Below, in pieces: positions 49,060-57,959 of a stretch of DNA of 64,000 bases. The stretch is from Candidatus Moranbacteria bacterium GW2011_GWC2_40_12 (GTDB lineage Bacteria; Patescibacteriota; Minisyncoccia; Moranbacterales; UBA11712), in the NCBI GenBank assembly GCA_000995965.1, contig LBYD01000001.1, forward strand, positions 362,848-426,847. Direction: 5' to 3'. Made by a program: the position numbers and the translations under genes. The stretch's first letter is position 1; every line of letters starts with the position of its first letter. Under the pieces are notes generated by a model. That model was not told where the DNA came from. It did no database searches and was given only the letters and a program-made list of their open reading frames with translations.

Positions 49060-49200
49060 GAATTACATAATTCCTAATTCCTAATGTCTAATTTCCAATA
49101 AAATGCAAAATGCCTAATTCCAAAATTTTAGTATTGGACATTTATTTATTGGATTTTTTAGAAATTGGGAATCAGAAATTGGAAATTGCTATCGCACTTC
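49060..49200. repeat. hybrid family A/B repeat downstream of nrdG
   Basis: ...aaaatgcaaaatgcctaattcc...gaaattgggaatcagaaattggaaattgc. A related ggaaattggaaattggaaatt lies inside nrdG at ~49745-49775. Confidence 0.45.
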
Positions 49201-49887
49201 CACTTTCCCAAAATACTTTTCGATATTTTTCGCTATTTTTTCCAAGTCCATTCTTTTGCCTTTCGTTTTTTTCTTGAGACGCGGATCAAGAATTTTTCCT
49301 TTGTCTTCAAACGCCTGCAAAACATATTTTTTCGCGCCTTCAAGCCACTTCCTAATACTCGCAAAATCGCTTTCTTTGTGCAAGCCAGGAACAACGGTAG
49401 TTCGAAATTCATAGTCAATTCCCGAATTTCGAATCAGATCAACGCTCAACCTAATACGCTCCAGATCTATTTTCGAATTCGCTGTCTTTTTATAACCTTC
49501 GAGGCTGTTCTTGATATCCATAGCCACAAAATCAAGCAATTTTTTGTCATATAAAAGCCTCAAAATATCCGGGCGGGAGCCGTTTGTGTCAAGCTTCACT
49601 TTGAATCCCAAGTCTTTAATTTTTCTAATAAATGGGATTATGTCCGGCTGAATAGTCGGCTCTCCACCTGTGATACAGACGCCCTCTAGCTTTCCTTTGC
49701 GCTGTTTTAGAAATTTAAAAAAGTCTCTTTCCATGACATTGGAAAGTGGAAATTGGAAATTGGAAATTATCAACTCAGGGTTGTGGCAAAAGGGACAGCG
49801 AAAATTGCAACCCACAGTAAAAACCGTCGCGGCGATATGGCCGGGAAAATCTATGAGAGTCAGTTTTTGCAATCCTCCGAGAATCAT
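49189..49887 (-). CDS. nrdG: anaerobic ribonucleoside-triphosphate reductase activating protein (radical SAM)
   Basis: GCNFRCPFCHNPEL is the CxxxCxxC radical-SAM motif. It is adjacent to nrdD. Confidence 0.85.
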   Translation of the reverse strand: MILGGLQKLTLIDFPGHIAATVFTVGCNFRCPFCHNPELIISNFQFPLSNVMERDFFKFLKQRKGKLEGVCITGGEPTIQPDIIPFIRKIKDLGFKVKLDTNGSRPDILRLLYDKKLLDFVAMDIKNSLEGYKKTANSKIDLERIRLSVDLIRNSGIDYEFRTTVVPGLHKESDFASIRKWLEGAKKYVLQAFEDKGKILDPRLKKKTKGKRMDLEKIAKNIEKYFGKVEVR

Positions 49888-50036
49888 AAATTAAAAAATT
49901 CTAAGAAACAAACTATACAAAATACCAAACAAACACACAGTTTTCAAACCCTACAAAACACAAAAGTTTGATTTTTTGTGATTTGTTATATTTGTGCTTT
50001 GTTTGGCATTTTGTGGCTTTGTATAGTTTGTATCTT

Positions 50037-52247
50037 TTATCCGACCACAAACTCTTTCCGGTCTCCATATTCCGTCGCTTTGCCCTTGTTCCATTGTTCC
50101 ACAGGGCGAATATAGCCGACGATTCGGGAATAGACCTCGCATTTTTGCTCCACGACGCATTTGGGGCAAAGCTGGTGCTCTCCGATCAGGTATCCGTGCG
50201 AAGGACAGATGCTGAAAGTCGGAGATAAGGTAAAATAAGGAAGAGCGTATTTTTCCGAAATGGTCTTCACCAGCTTTTTCGTCGTTTCGGCGTCCTGAAT
50301 CCGCTCGCCCATAAATCCATGAAGAACCGTTCCGCCGGTGTATTTCGTCTGAAGAGATTCCTGGAGATCAAGGGCTTCGAAAAAATCCTCGGTATGATTC
50401 ACCGGAAGCTGGGTGGAATTCGTGTAGTAGGGTTCAATTTTTTCATTTTCTCCGACCTGGCCGTTGGCAAAAATCATGTCGGGGTATTTCTTGCGGTCTT
50501 TTATGGCCAGCCTATAGGAAGTTCCTTCGCCAGGAGTCGCCTCAAGATTGTATAAATTTCCGGTTTCTTCCTGGTATTTTATAAGCTTATTCCTCATATA
50601 AACCAGGACTTCTTCGGCGAATTTGACTCCTTTTTCCGTCGCCGTGGTCTCGCCCATGAAATTTTTGAGGGCTTCGTTCATTCCAATCACTCCAATTGTC
50701 GAGAAATGGTTCGCCCAGTAGTTCCCCCGGCGCTTATAGATATTGTCCAGATAAAATCTCGCGTAAGGATAAAGCCCTTTTTTCATGAAGCTGTCGATGA
50801 TTTTCCTTTTCGTTTCGAGACTTTCTTTGGCAAGGTCCATTATCTTGTCCAGCCGGGCAAAGAAATCTTTTCTCTCTGCCCGTCCTGTGGCGCGGCCTTT
50901 CTGACCTTTTGCTTGGTTTTTTGACAAATATCCGATTCGAGCCAGATTAATTGTCACTACCCCGATTGAACCGGTAAGCGGATTGGCTCCGAAAAGCCCT
51001 CCGCCGCGCTTGTGAAGCTCGCGGTTATCGATCCTGAGGCGGCAGCACATGGAGCGCGCGTCGTCGGGATCCATGTCCGAGTTGATGAAGTTGGCAAAAT
51101 AAGGAATGCCGTATTTCGCCGTCATCTCCCAGACCGGTTTCAGATTTTCGTCGTTCCAGTCAAAATCGCGGGTGATGTTATAGGTTGGAATGGGAAAAGT
51201 GAAAACCCGTCCGCTGGCATCCCCTTCCGCCATCACTTCCGCGAAAGCCCGGTTGATCATGTTCATCTCTTCCTGGAATTCTCCGTACTTTTCCTTCTGC
51301 GGCACGCCTCCGACAATCACCGATTCTTCGATCATATTCTTCGGAGGGACGATATCCAGGGTTATGTTCGTAAAGGGAGTCTGGAACCCGACCCGGGTGG
51401 GAACGTTGACATTGAAAACAAATTCCTGCATGCATTGTTTGACCTCCTTGAAGGAAAGTCCGTCGTACCTGACAAACGGGGCCAGAAGCGTGTCGAAATT
51501 CGAAAAAGCCTCCGCGCCGGCCACTTCTCCCTGGAGCGTGTAGAAAAAATTTACCATCTGTCCGATAGCCGTCCTCAAATGCTTGGGTGGTTTGCAGGCA
51601 ATTTTTCCCGGAACACCGGTGAAACCCCGTCGGAGAAGATCCTGAAGGTCCCAGCCGCAGCAATATACAGCGATCTTGTCGAGATCATGGATGTGAAAGT
51701 CGCCTTCGTCGTGTGCGTCGCGGATCGCCTTGGAATATACCCGGTTGAGCCAATATTTCGAGCTGACAATGGAAGAAATATAATTATTGAGCCCCTGCAG
51801 GGAATAAGCCATATTGGCGTTTTCCTTGACCTGCCAGTCGATTTCCTGAATATATTTATCCACCAGATCGACTGCTTCTTTCAAGGCTTCTTCTGATTCG
51901 CGGATTTTGCGGTGCTGCTCGCGATAGAGGATATAGGCCTTGGCTGTTTCCTCGAAATCCAGGATCATAAGAACCCTTTCTACGAGATCCTGAATTTCTT
52001 CGATTTCGGGAACATTTCCCTTTTTGAAGTTTTTGTTGAGAAGCTGGACGACTTTCGAAGAAACTTTTTTGGCTTCCGCTTCTTTTCCTTCTCCTGTTTC
52101 CGCGAAAGCTTTGAGCACAGCCTTCGTGATTTTTTCCTGCTCAAATTTGACGACCCGCCCGTCGCGCTTCACCACGCGGTCGACCCGGTTTTTGAATTCC
52201 CCCGCCCCTTTTTTGACCATTTTCTGGCCTTTTTTTACCGCAATCAT
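50037..52247 (-). CDS. nrdD: anaerobic ribonucleoside-triphosphate reductase
   Basis: 736 aa. C-terminal Zn ribbon CPSHG...CPKC, and glycyl-radical motif SRIVGY. Confidence 0.9.
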   Translation of the reverse strand: MIAVKKGQKMVKKGAGEFKNRVDRVVKRDGRVVKFEQEKITKAVLKAFAETGEGKEAEAKKVSSKVVQLLNKNFKKGNVPEIEEIQDLVERVLMILDFEETAKAYILYREQHRKIRESEEALKEAVDLVDKYIQEIDWQVKENANMAYSLQGLNNYISSIVSSKYWLNRVYSKAIRDAHDEGDFHIHDLDKIAVYCCGWDLQDLLRRGFTGVPGKIACKPPKHLRTAIGQMVNFFYTLQGEVAGAEAFSNFDTLLAPFVRYDGLSFKEVKQCMQEFVFNVNVPTRVGFQTPFTNITLDIVPPKNMIEESVIVGGVPQKEKYGEFQEEMNMINRAFAEVMAEGDASGRVFTFPIPTYNITRDFDWNDENLKPVWEMTAKYGIPYFANFINSDMDPDDARSMCCRLRIDNRELHKRGGGLFGANPLTGSIGVVTINLARIGYLSKNQAKGQKGRATGRAERKDFFARLDKIMDLAKESLETKRKIIDSFMKKGLYPYARFYLDNIYKRRGNYWANHFSTIGVIGMNEALKNFMGETTATEKGVKFAEEVLVYMRNKLIKYQEETGNLYNLEATPGEGTSYRLAIKDRKKYPDMIFANGQVGENEKIEPYYTNSTQLPVNHTEDFFEALDLQESLQTKYTGGTVLHGFMGERIQDAETTKKLVKTISEKYALPYFTLSPTFSICPSHGYLIGEHQLCPKCVVEQKCEVYSRIVGYIRPVEQWNKGKATEYGDRKEFVVG

Positions 52248-52261
52248 TTTTTTGTTTTCAC

Positions 52262-52400
52262 CCCAAATTAATTAAGAATTTAGAATTGTGAATTTTGAAT
52301 TGGGAATAGGAAGATCGAATTAAGAATCCAGAGTTCTTCGAGATAAATTTTTCTAAATTCTATATTCTTGATTCCCATTCACAATTCACATTTCTCTATT
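52262..52400. repeat. family B palindromic repeat, nrdR-nrdD spacer
   Basis: gaatttagaattgtgaattttgaattgggaatagg...cattcacaattcacatttctctattctcaattc. Confidence 0.6.
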
Positions 52401-52401
52401 C

Positions 52402-52854
52402 TCAATTCTGCGACAATTTCTCTGCTTCTTTTTTGAAGCTCTCGGCGCTGCCAAAGGATTTATAAACCGAAGCAAAGCGCAGATAGGCTACGTCATCGGC
52501 CGTTTTCAGTTTTTCGAGTACCAAACCTCCTATTTCCTTCGAGGATATTTCGCAATTCCCTTTTTGGTGCAGTCTATATTCAATCTCATCAACCATTTCG
52601 TCAATTTTTTTGTCGTCTACCGGCCTTTTCTCAAGCGCTTTTTTGAAGCCCATTTCAAGCTTTTCCCTTTTATAATCTTCCTTCCGACCATCTTTCTTCA
52701 CGACGACAAAATTGAGAAGTTCCAATTGTTCATACGTACTGAAGCGCTTCCGGCATTTCAAACATTCCCGCCGGCGCCGGATCACTTTTCCATCGCCGGA
52801 TTCCCGCGAGTCAATCACTTTTGTTTCGGGATGGGAACAGAAAGGACAAACCAT
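52402..52854 (-). CDS. nrdR: transcriptional repressor NrdR
   Basis: MVCPFCSHPETKVIDSRE...CLKCRKRFSTYE zinc ribbon plus ATP-cone. Confidence 0.9.
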   Translation of the reverse strand: MVCPFCSHPETKVIDSRESGDGKVIRRRRECLKCRKRFSTYEQLELLNFVVVKKDGRKEDYKREKLEMGFKKALEKRPVDDKKIDEMVDEIEYRLHQKGNCEISSKEIGGLVLEKLKTADDVAYLRFASVYKSFGSAESFKKEAEKLSQN

Positions 52855-53105
52855 ACAAATAATTCAAAAATCAAAATTTTTGTGTCCCGCAAGCAGGACG
52901 ATCTTTTTTGTTTAAATTTTGAGAATTAATAAGGGATATCCGCAAGGACCCCTTTTTACACTATATCTTGTGTTTGTAGTACAAATTTTATCACAATTTA
53001 AAAAAGCCTGTCAAGAGGCTTTTTTACGGGAAAATTCCAGGTTATCCACAATTCAACATGCCAAACCCTGTGAAGCCATCGCATTCCTGATTCAACGGTG
53101 CTATC

Positions 53106-54332
53106 TTATTTTTTCATTTTTCTGCGGATAAAAGCCGGGATTTCAAGCTCTTCGTCCTCATCTTCCCCAATTGAGCTCACTTTTGATTCAAAACTTATTT
53201 TTCTTTTCGGCTTTGGGGCGACTTTTTCTTCAATGATATACTTTGATTTTTCTTCTCCGATTCCAAAATCCGTCAAAGCCTCTTCCCCGAGAGTTGTTTT
53301 TTTCGTTTCTTGAATAGGGCTCCTTGCAGCCACACTTGTTGGGGTGACGACAGCAGCAGAAGATTCGCCCACAGCATCCGAATCAAAGCCGGCAGCGATA
53401 ACTGTGAGATTCAACTCTCCTTTTTTCGCTGATTCATCAATCGTTGCTCCGAAAATAACTTTGGCGTTTGGATCAATGCTTTCAGTGATGATATTGGCCG
53501 CTTCGTTTATTTCAAGCATTGTCATATCCGGTCCACCATGGACATTGAAGAGGATTCCCTTGGCACCGTCAATCGAAAATTCAAGAAGCGGGCTGTTGAT
53601 AGCCATTTTGGCCGCTTGAGCCGCCCTGTTCTCGCCACTGGCAGTCCCGATTCCCATGAGGGCGCTTCCGGCATCTTGAAGAACCGTCCTAACGTCGGCA
53701 AAATCAACATTCACTATTCCAGGTTTGGTAATAAGATCCGAGATGCCCTGAACGCCTTGCCGCAATACATCATCAACGACCCTAAAAGCATTTACCAAGG
53801 TTGTTTTCCGGTCAATAATTTGAAGAAGTCGATCATTGGGAATGACAATCAGCGCGTCTACCCTGTCCTTCAGATTTTCCATTCCTTCTAAAGCGATGGC
53901 TTTTCTCTGGGCTCCCTCAAAGCCGAAAGGTTTCGTGACAACGGCGATGGTTAGCGCGCCAGCTTCTTTTGCCGCTTCAGCCACAATCGGAGAGGCTCCG
54001 GTTCCGGTTCCTCCGCCCAAGCCGCAAGTGACAAAAACCATGTCGGCCCCTTTCAAGACCTCGTGAATCTCGTCACGGTTCTCTTCAGCAGCTTGGCGAC
54101 CGATTTCCGGATTCATTCCAGCTCCAAGACCTTTGGTAAGATTTTTCCCAATATGTATTTTATCCGATGCCTTCGAATGGTGCAGGGCCTGGGCATCGGT
54201 GTTTATCGCCACAAATTCCACTCCCTTGAGCTTGCATTCGATCATCCGGCTGATTGCATTGGTGCCTGATCCGCCAACGCCGACTACTTTGATTCGGGCA
54301 AATGTTTCTACGTCTGGTTTTACTTCGGCCAT
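53106..54332 (-). CDS. ftsZ: cell division protein FtsZ
   Basis: [14 protein letters not shown] is the tubulin signature. Confidence 0.95.
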   Translation of the reverse strand: MAEVKPDVETFARIKVVGVGGSGTNAISRMIECKLKGVEFVAINTDAQALHHSKASDKIHIGKNLTKGLGAGMNPEIGRQAAEENRDEIHEVLKGADMVFVTCGLGGGTGTGASPIVAEAAKEAGALTIAVVTKPFGFEGAQRKAIALEGMENLKDRVDALIVIPNDRLLQIIDRKTTLVNAFRVVDDVLRQGVQGISDLITKPGIVNVDFADVRTVLQDAGSALMGIGTASGENRAAQAAKMAINSPLLEFSIDGAKGILFNVHGGPDMTMLEINEAANIITESIDPNAKVIFGATIDESAKKGELNLTVIAAGFDSDAVGESSAAVVTPTSVAARSPIQETKKTTLGEEALTDFGIGEEKSKYIIEEKVAPKPKRKISFESKVSSIGEDEDEELEIPAFIRRKMKK

Positions 54333-54587
54333 AAAGTTATTTTATAAAGACTAAACAAGCCATAATAAGCTAGTAAAACAATGTAGCATAGGCTTGTTTT
54401 AGGTGTCAAGAACTTAACAAACTTAAAACTCAAAACTGAGAGCGAAAAGCCACGGCGTAAAAACTAAACTGACTTTGTATTCAGTTTTGAGCGGTAGCTT
54501 TGGCCTGGCGCTTTTCGTTTTGAGCTTAAATTTATTTTTTGATTTTGTTTTTATTCTATCCCGAAAAAATTGAAAATAAAAGAAAAA

Positions 54588-55862
54588 TCACGGTAAAAAT
54601 TTTTTGAGCCATCCTCTCATTTTATCCACCGTGTGGCCGATCTTCGGAAGGCCGTCAATCGCCGGCAACTTTGTGCGGTAGGCATTTGGCGAGCTCATTG
54701 CCGCTTCTTCGGCTCCCCAAAGAGCCAGGCCCACGGCTGTCACAAATCCCGGCTCGTCAACTTTGTCAACTATCCCACTTAGCTCCATGGGAAAACCGGT
54801 TTGAGCCGGCAAGCGCAGAATTTTTTTAGCAAGATCCACCACTCCGGGAAGTTTGGCTCCGCCTCCGACAATAACCGCTCCCGCCGGAAGCATTCCCGAG
54901 CGGCCGGTCTTCCGAAGCTCCTTGTCAATCATTGTGAAAATCTCTTCCAGCCGCGCTTCGACAATCTCTGCGACATGATGGCGCGAAATTTCCCCTTCTT
55001 CGTTTTGGTCGATTTCAGACAGGCTTATCTGGTCTTTTTTTCCAATTTCATCCGGAAGAGCGGACCCATAATTCACTTTCACTTTTTCGGCAACATCAAT
55101 TGAAGTGCGAAGGCCGATTGCGATATCGTTTGTGATGTGGCTGCTTCCGATCGAAACTACTCCAATCTGAACCAGATCTCCTTCTTCATAAACCGCAAAA
55201 CTGGTTGTTCCTCCGCCCAAGTCCACCAGAATCGCCCCCAGTTCTTTCTGTCTCTTATTGAGAGCCGCTTTCGAAGCTGCCAAAGCCGAAAAAACCATAT
55301 CTTCGACTTCAACCCCGGCCTGATAGATGCACTTGGAAAGATTTTTTACGACGGGAGAGGATCCGAGGACCAGCATCGCGTTCACTTCAAGCCTGATTCC
55401 GTTCATCCCAAGCGGATCCTTGATGCCTTTTTGTTCATCCACGGAAAAATAACGCGGAATCACGTGAATTATTTCGGTGTTCGAAGGAAGCGAAATTGTT
55501 TCCGCCGCCGTAAGAGACCGCATGATATCGTCCCCGGTAATCTCCCCATCCGCTTTAGCGATAGCCACCACCCCTTGGCTTTCCTGATATTTGATATGGT
55601 TGCCGCCAATGCTCACAATAGCTTTTCCGACCGGAATCCCCGACGTGCGTTCGGCATTTTTCACCGCCTCGCTGATCGATTTCACTGTTTCCTCGACATC
55701 GGCCACTACTCCCCGGCGTATGCCAAAAGAAGAAGCTGTGCCAACTCCCATTACGCGAAGCTTTTCCTCTTCTTCAAATTTTTGGAGAATCACGGCCCGG
55801 ACATTCGAAGATCCGACATCAAGACCGATTATGGTTGTTCCTTTGCTCATGAAATATACCAA
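54588..55862 (-). CDS. ftsA: cell division protein FtsA
   Basis: Actin-like ATPase. ...IIGLDVGSSNVRAV... It is upstream of ftsZ. Confidence 0.9.
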   Translation of the reverse strand: MVYFMSKGTTIIGLDVGSSNVRAVILQKFEEEEKLRVMGVGTASSFGIRRGVVADVEETVKSISEAVKNAERTSGIPVGKAIVSIGGNHIKYQESQGVVAIAKADGEITGDDIMRSLTAAETISLPSNTEIIHVIPRYFSVDEQKGIKDPLGMNGIRLEVNAMLVLGSSPVVKNLSKCIYQAGVEVEDMVFSALAASKAALNKRQKELGAILVDLGGGTTSFAVYEEGDLVQIGVVSIGSSHITNDIAIGLRTSIDVAEKVKVNYGSALPDEIGKKDQISLSEIDQNEEGEISRHHVAEIVEARLEEIFTMIDKELRKTGRSGMLPAGAVIVGGGAKLPGVVDLAKKILRLPAQTGFPMELSGIVDKVDEPGFVTAVGLALWGAEEAAMSSPNAYRTKLPAIDGLPKIGHTVDKMRGWLKKFLP

Positions 55863-55883
55863 AATTATACAGGAAAACTCAAA

Positions 55884-56255
55884 TCACTGCAAAAATAAGT
55901 CCTTTATATAAGGGTAGAAAATTATCGTCCCGATGACAACCGCACCGATGGAAGCAATAAGCACCGCCGCGGCCATAACATCCTTTATCAGCTGGGCATA
56001 GGGATGCATCCGGGGCTTCAGAATATCCACTACCCTCTCAAGGATGGTGTTGATGAGTTCCACCGCTAAGACAGAAAAAATAACGAGGAAGAGAGCCACT
56101 TTTTGCCAATCCCGAATTTCGAAAATGAGCATCAAGATAACAATGAAAATAGCAATCAGGATTTCAAGCTGAAAGTTCTGCTCGTTTTTGAGAACATATT
56201 TGAGTCCCCGAAAAGCGTGCTGAAAACTGCGATATAATTTTCTGAGATTATCCAC
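55884..56255 (-). CDS. dgkA: diacylglycerol/undecaprenol kinase DgkA family
   Basis: 123 aa, 3 TM. ...AVELINTILERVVD... is the DgkA motif. Confidence 0.75.
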   Translation of the reverse strand: MDNLRKLYRSFQHAFRGLKYVLKNEQNFQLEILIAIFIVILMLIFEIRDWQKVALFLVIFSVLAVELINTILERVVDILKPRMHPYAQLIKDVMAAAVLIASIGAVVIGTIIFYPYIKDLFLQ

Positions 56256-56257
56256 GT

Positions 56258-56400
56258 TGAAAATTTAAAATGCAAAAATCAAAAATAAAAATGACAATTC
56301 AAAATGTAAAATTAGTAAATTTCAAAATAATCTTTGGCATTTGTTAATTTTGAACTTTACATTGTCATTTTGCATTTTGATATTTGAATTTTGAACTAAC
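56258..56400. repeat. family A palindromic repeat, dgkA-ybeY spacer extending into the ybeY 3' end
   Basis: aaaatgcaaaaatcaaaaataaaaatgacaattcaaaatgtaaaat...ttgaactttacattgtcattttgcattttgatatttgaattttga. Confidence 0.65.
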
Positions 56401-56790
56401 TGTGTCTTGCAACTCATACATCTTCTTCCCATGCCGGAATCCCAAAAGATGCAAAACGCCGTGCGACAAAACAAAAGCGAGTTCTTTCCTGAAAGACACT
56501 TTGTTCTCCTTGGCTGATTTCTCAATCAACTCCGGGCACAAAAACAATTCGCCTTCTCCCTTTCCTTTATTATACCCTAAAGAATAATCGAAGGAAAGTA
56601 TGTCTGTCGCTTTGTCAATTTTCCGGTATTTTCGGTTCATTTCCCGAATTTGAACCTTGTCCAAAAAAACAACTGAAACAGAAAAAGCCGCTGCCTTTTT
56701 TCCGGAAGCGGTCAGCGTTTTTCTCACGACCTTTTCGACAAAAGATTTTTCGATTCTTTTTTTTGTTTTGCGGAAAATTTCGATTTCCAT
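56365..56790 (-). CDS. ybeY: rRNA maturation RNase YbeY
   Basis: HGVLHLLGFRHG is the H3xH4xxxH motif. The last ~11 codons (...SSKFKYQNAK) lie inside a dispersed repeat. Confidence 0.85.
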   Translation of the reverse strand: MEIEIFRKTKKRIEKSFVEKVVRKTLTASGKKAAAFSVSVVFLDKVQIREMNRKYRKIDKATDILSFDYSLGYNKGKGEGELFLCPELIEKSAKENKVSFRKELAFVLSHGVLHLLGFRHGKKMYELQDTVSSKFKYQNAK

Positions 56791-56793
56791 TAG

Positions 56794-57261
56794 CTAGGAT
56801 TGAGGCGAAGAAAGTTTTTCATCAATGATTTTTTTGACGAGACTGCCATCGGCTTTGTCCTGAAGTGCTTTCATTACCGCGCCCATCAGCTTCCCGAAGC
56901 CGGACTTATCAGAAACTCCAAGCTCCCCAGCCTTCGCCTCGATAATTTTTCTCACCTCGTTTTCTCCCATTTGGGCCGGAAGGTAGTTTTCCAAAACAGC
57001 CAGCTCTTTTTTTTCTTTTTCGGCGAGCTCCGTTCGGCCGCCTTTTTCATATTGGCCGATTGAATCTTTTCTTTGCCTCGTCTGGCGTTTCAGCACCGAA
57101 ATGATATCTTCGTCGGGAAGATATTTTTCGCCTTGCGCCTTTTTTTCGATCTGAAAATTTTTGATCGCTGAAATCAGGAAGCGCAAAACTCCCGCCTTTT
57201 CCTTTTCACCGGATTTGAGTGCCGACCTGAGATCAGCTTCGATTTGTTCGTGCAAAATCAT
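56794..57261 (-). CDS. GatB/YqeY domain protein
   Basis: Start MILHEQIEADLRSALKSGEK..., YqeY family. Confidence 0.75.
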   Translation of the reverse strand: MILHEQIEADLRSALKSGEKEKAGVLRFLISAIKNFQIEKKAQGEKYLPDEDIISVLKRQTRQRKDSIGQYEKGGRTELAEKEKKELAVLENYLPAQMGENEVRKIIEAKAGELGVSDKSGFGKLMGAVMKALQDKADGSLVKKIIDEKLSSPQS

Positions 57262-57341
57262 AACATATGGAACCCGTAACACGCGCAAGAAAAAAAATAT
57301 TTTTTCTCGGGTCATGTTTCGCGCGGCAAGTAATGTTATTT

Positions 57342-57596
57342 TTATCCTTCCATTTTTCTCTTCACTCTCTTGAGCGATTCCTCATCAAATTTGCCCATTT
57401 TCTTGAGCTTATCTACTTCCTTTTTCACTTTTGCCCGATATTGGGCAGATTCCCTTGTTTGCCGCCGACTTTTCGGTTTGGCATAAAATCTTCCCTTCCT
57501 GGCCGAAAGCAAAACGCCGCTCTGCTGAACGCGGCGGGAAAAGCGCCTGATCAGCGCTTCGGATGTTTCCCGGTCCTTCTTTTTTACTTCAATCAT
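57342..57596 (-). CDS. rpsU: 30S ribosomal protein S21 (C-terminal K-rich extension)
   Basis: MIEVKKKDRETSEALIRRFSRRVQQSGVLLSARKGRFYAKPKSRR is the S21 signature. Confidence 0.85.
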   Translation of the reverse strand: MIEVKKKDRETSEALIRRFSRRVQQSGVLLSARKGRFYAKPKSRRQTRESAQYRAKVKKEVDKLKKMGKFDEESLKRVKRKMEG

Positions 57597-57611
57597 AAAA
57601 ATACCTCCCCT

Positions 57612-57956
57612 CTAAATTGGTTCTATTGATTCTCTCAACTTCGCTCCTCCGATGAGATGGAGATGAATGTGTCTTACTTCCTGCCCCCCATATTCTCCGA
57701 CGCGAAAGAGCAGCTTATATCCGTTTTTTGAAATTTTCAGATCCTCAGCGATTTTTTTGGCAACCAGGATCATCCGGCCCATCAGTTTTTCGTCTTTTTC
57801 CGAAATATCCGCGACGCTTTCGATATGTTTTTTGGGTATCACCAAAACATGCACCGGAGCAATCGGACGCGCATCGCGGAAAGCGACGACGAGATCGTCT
57901 TCATAGAGAAATTCAGTGGGAATTTCACGGCTAACTATTTTGCAAAAAATACACAT
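57612..57956 (-). CDS. HIT family protein
   Basis: MCIFCKI... plus the histidine triad HIHLHLIGG. Confidence 0.85.
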   Translation of the reverse strand: MCIFCKIVSREIPTEFLYEDDLVVAFRDARPIAPVHVLVIPKKHIESVADISEKDEKLMGRMILVAKKIAEDLKISKNGYKLLFRVGEYGGQEVRHIHLHLIGGAKLRESIEPI

Positions 57957-57959
57957 AAG

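Noticed and set aside
56322-56525. 67-aa minus-strand ORF (..NSNIKMQNDNVKFK..)
   Set aside because: It is a translation of the dispersed repeat in an alternative frame overlapping the ybeY 3' end. The same peptide string recurs at other repeat loci, which is typical of repeat-derived spurious ORFs.
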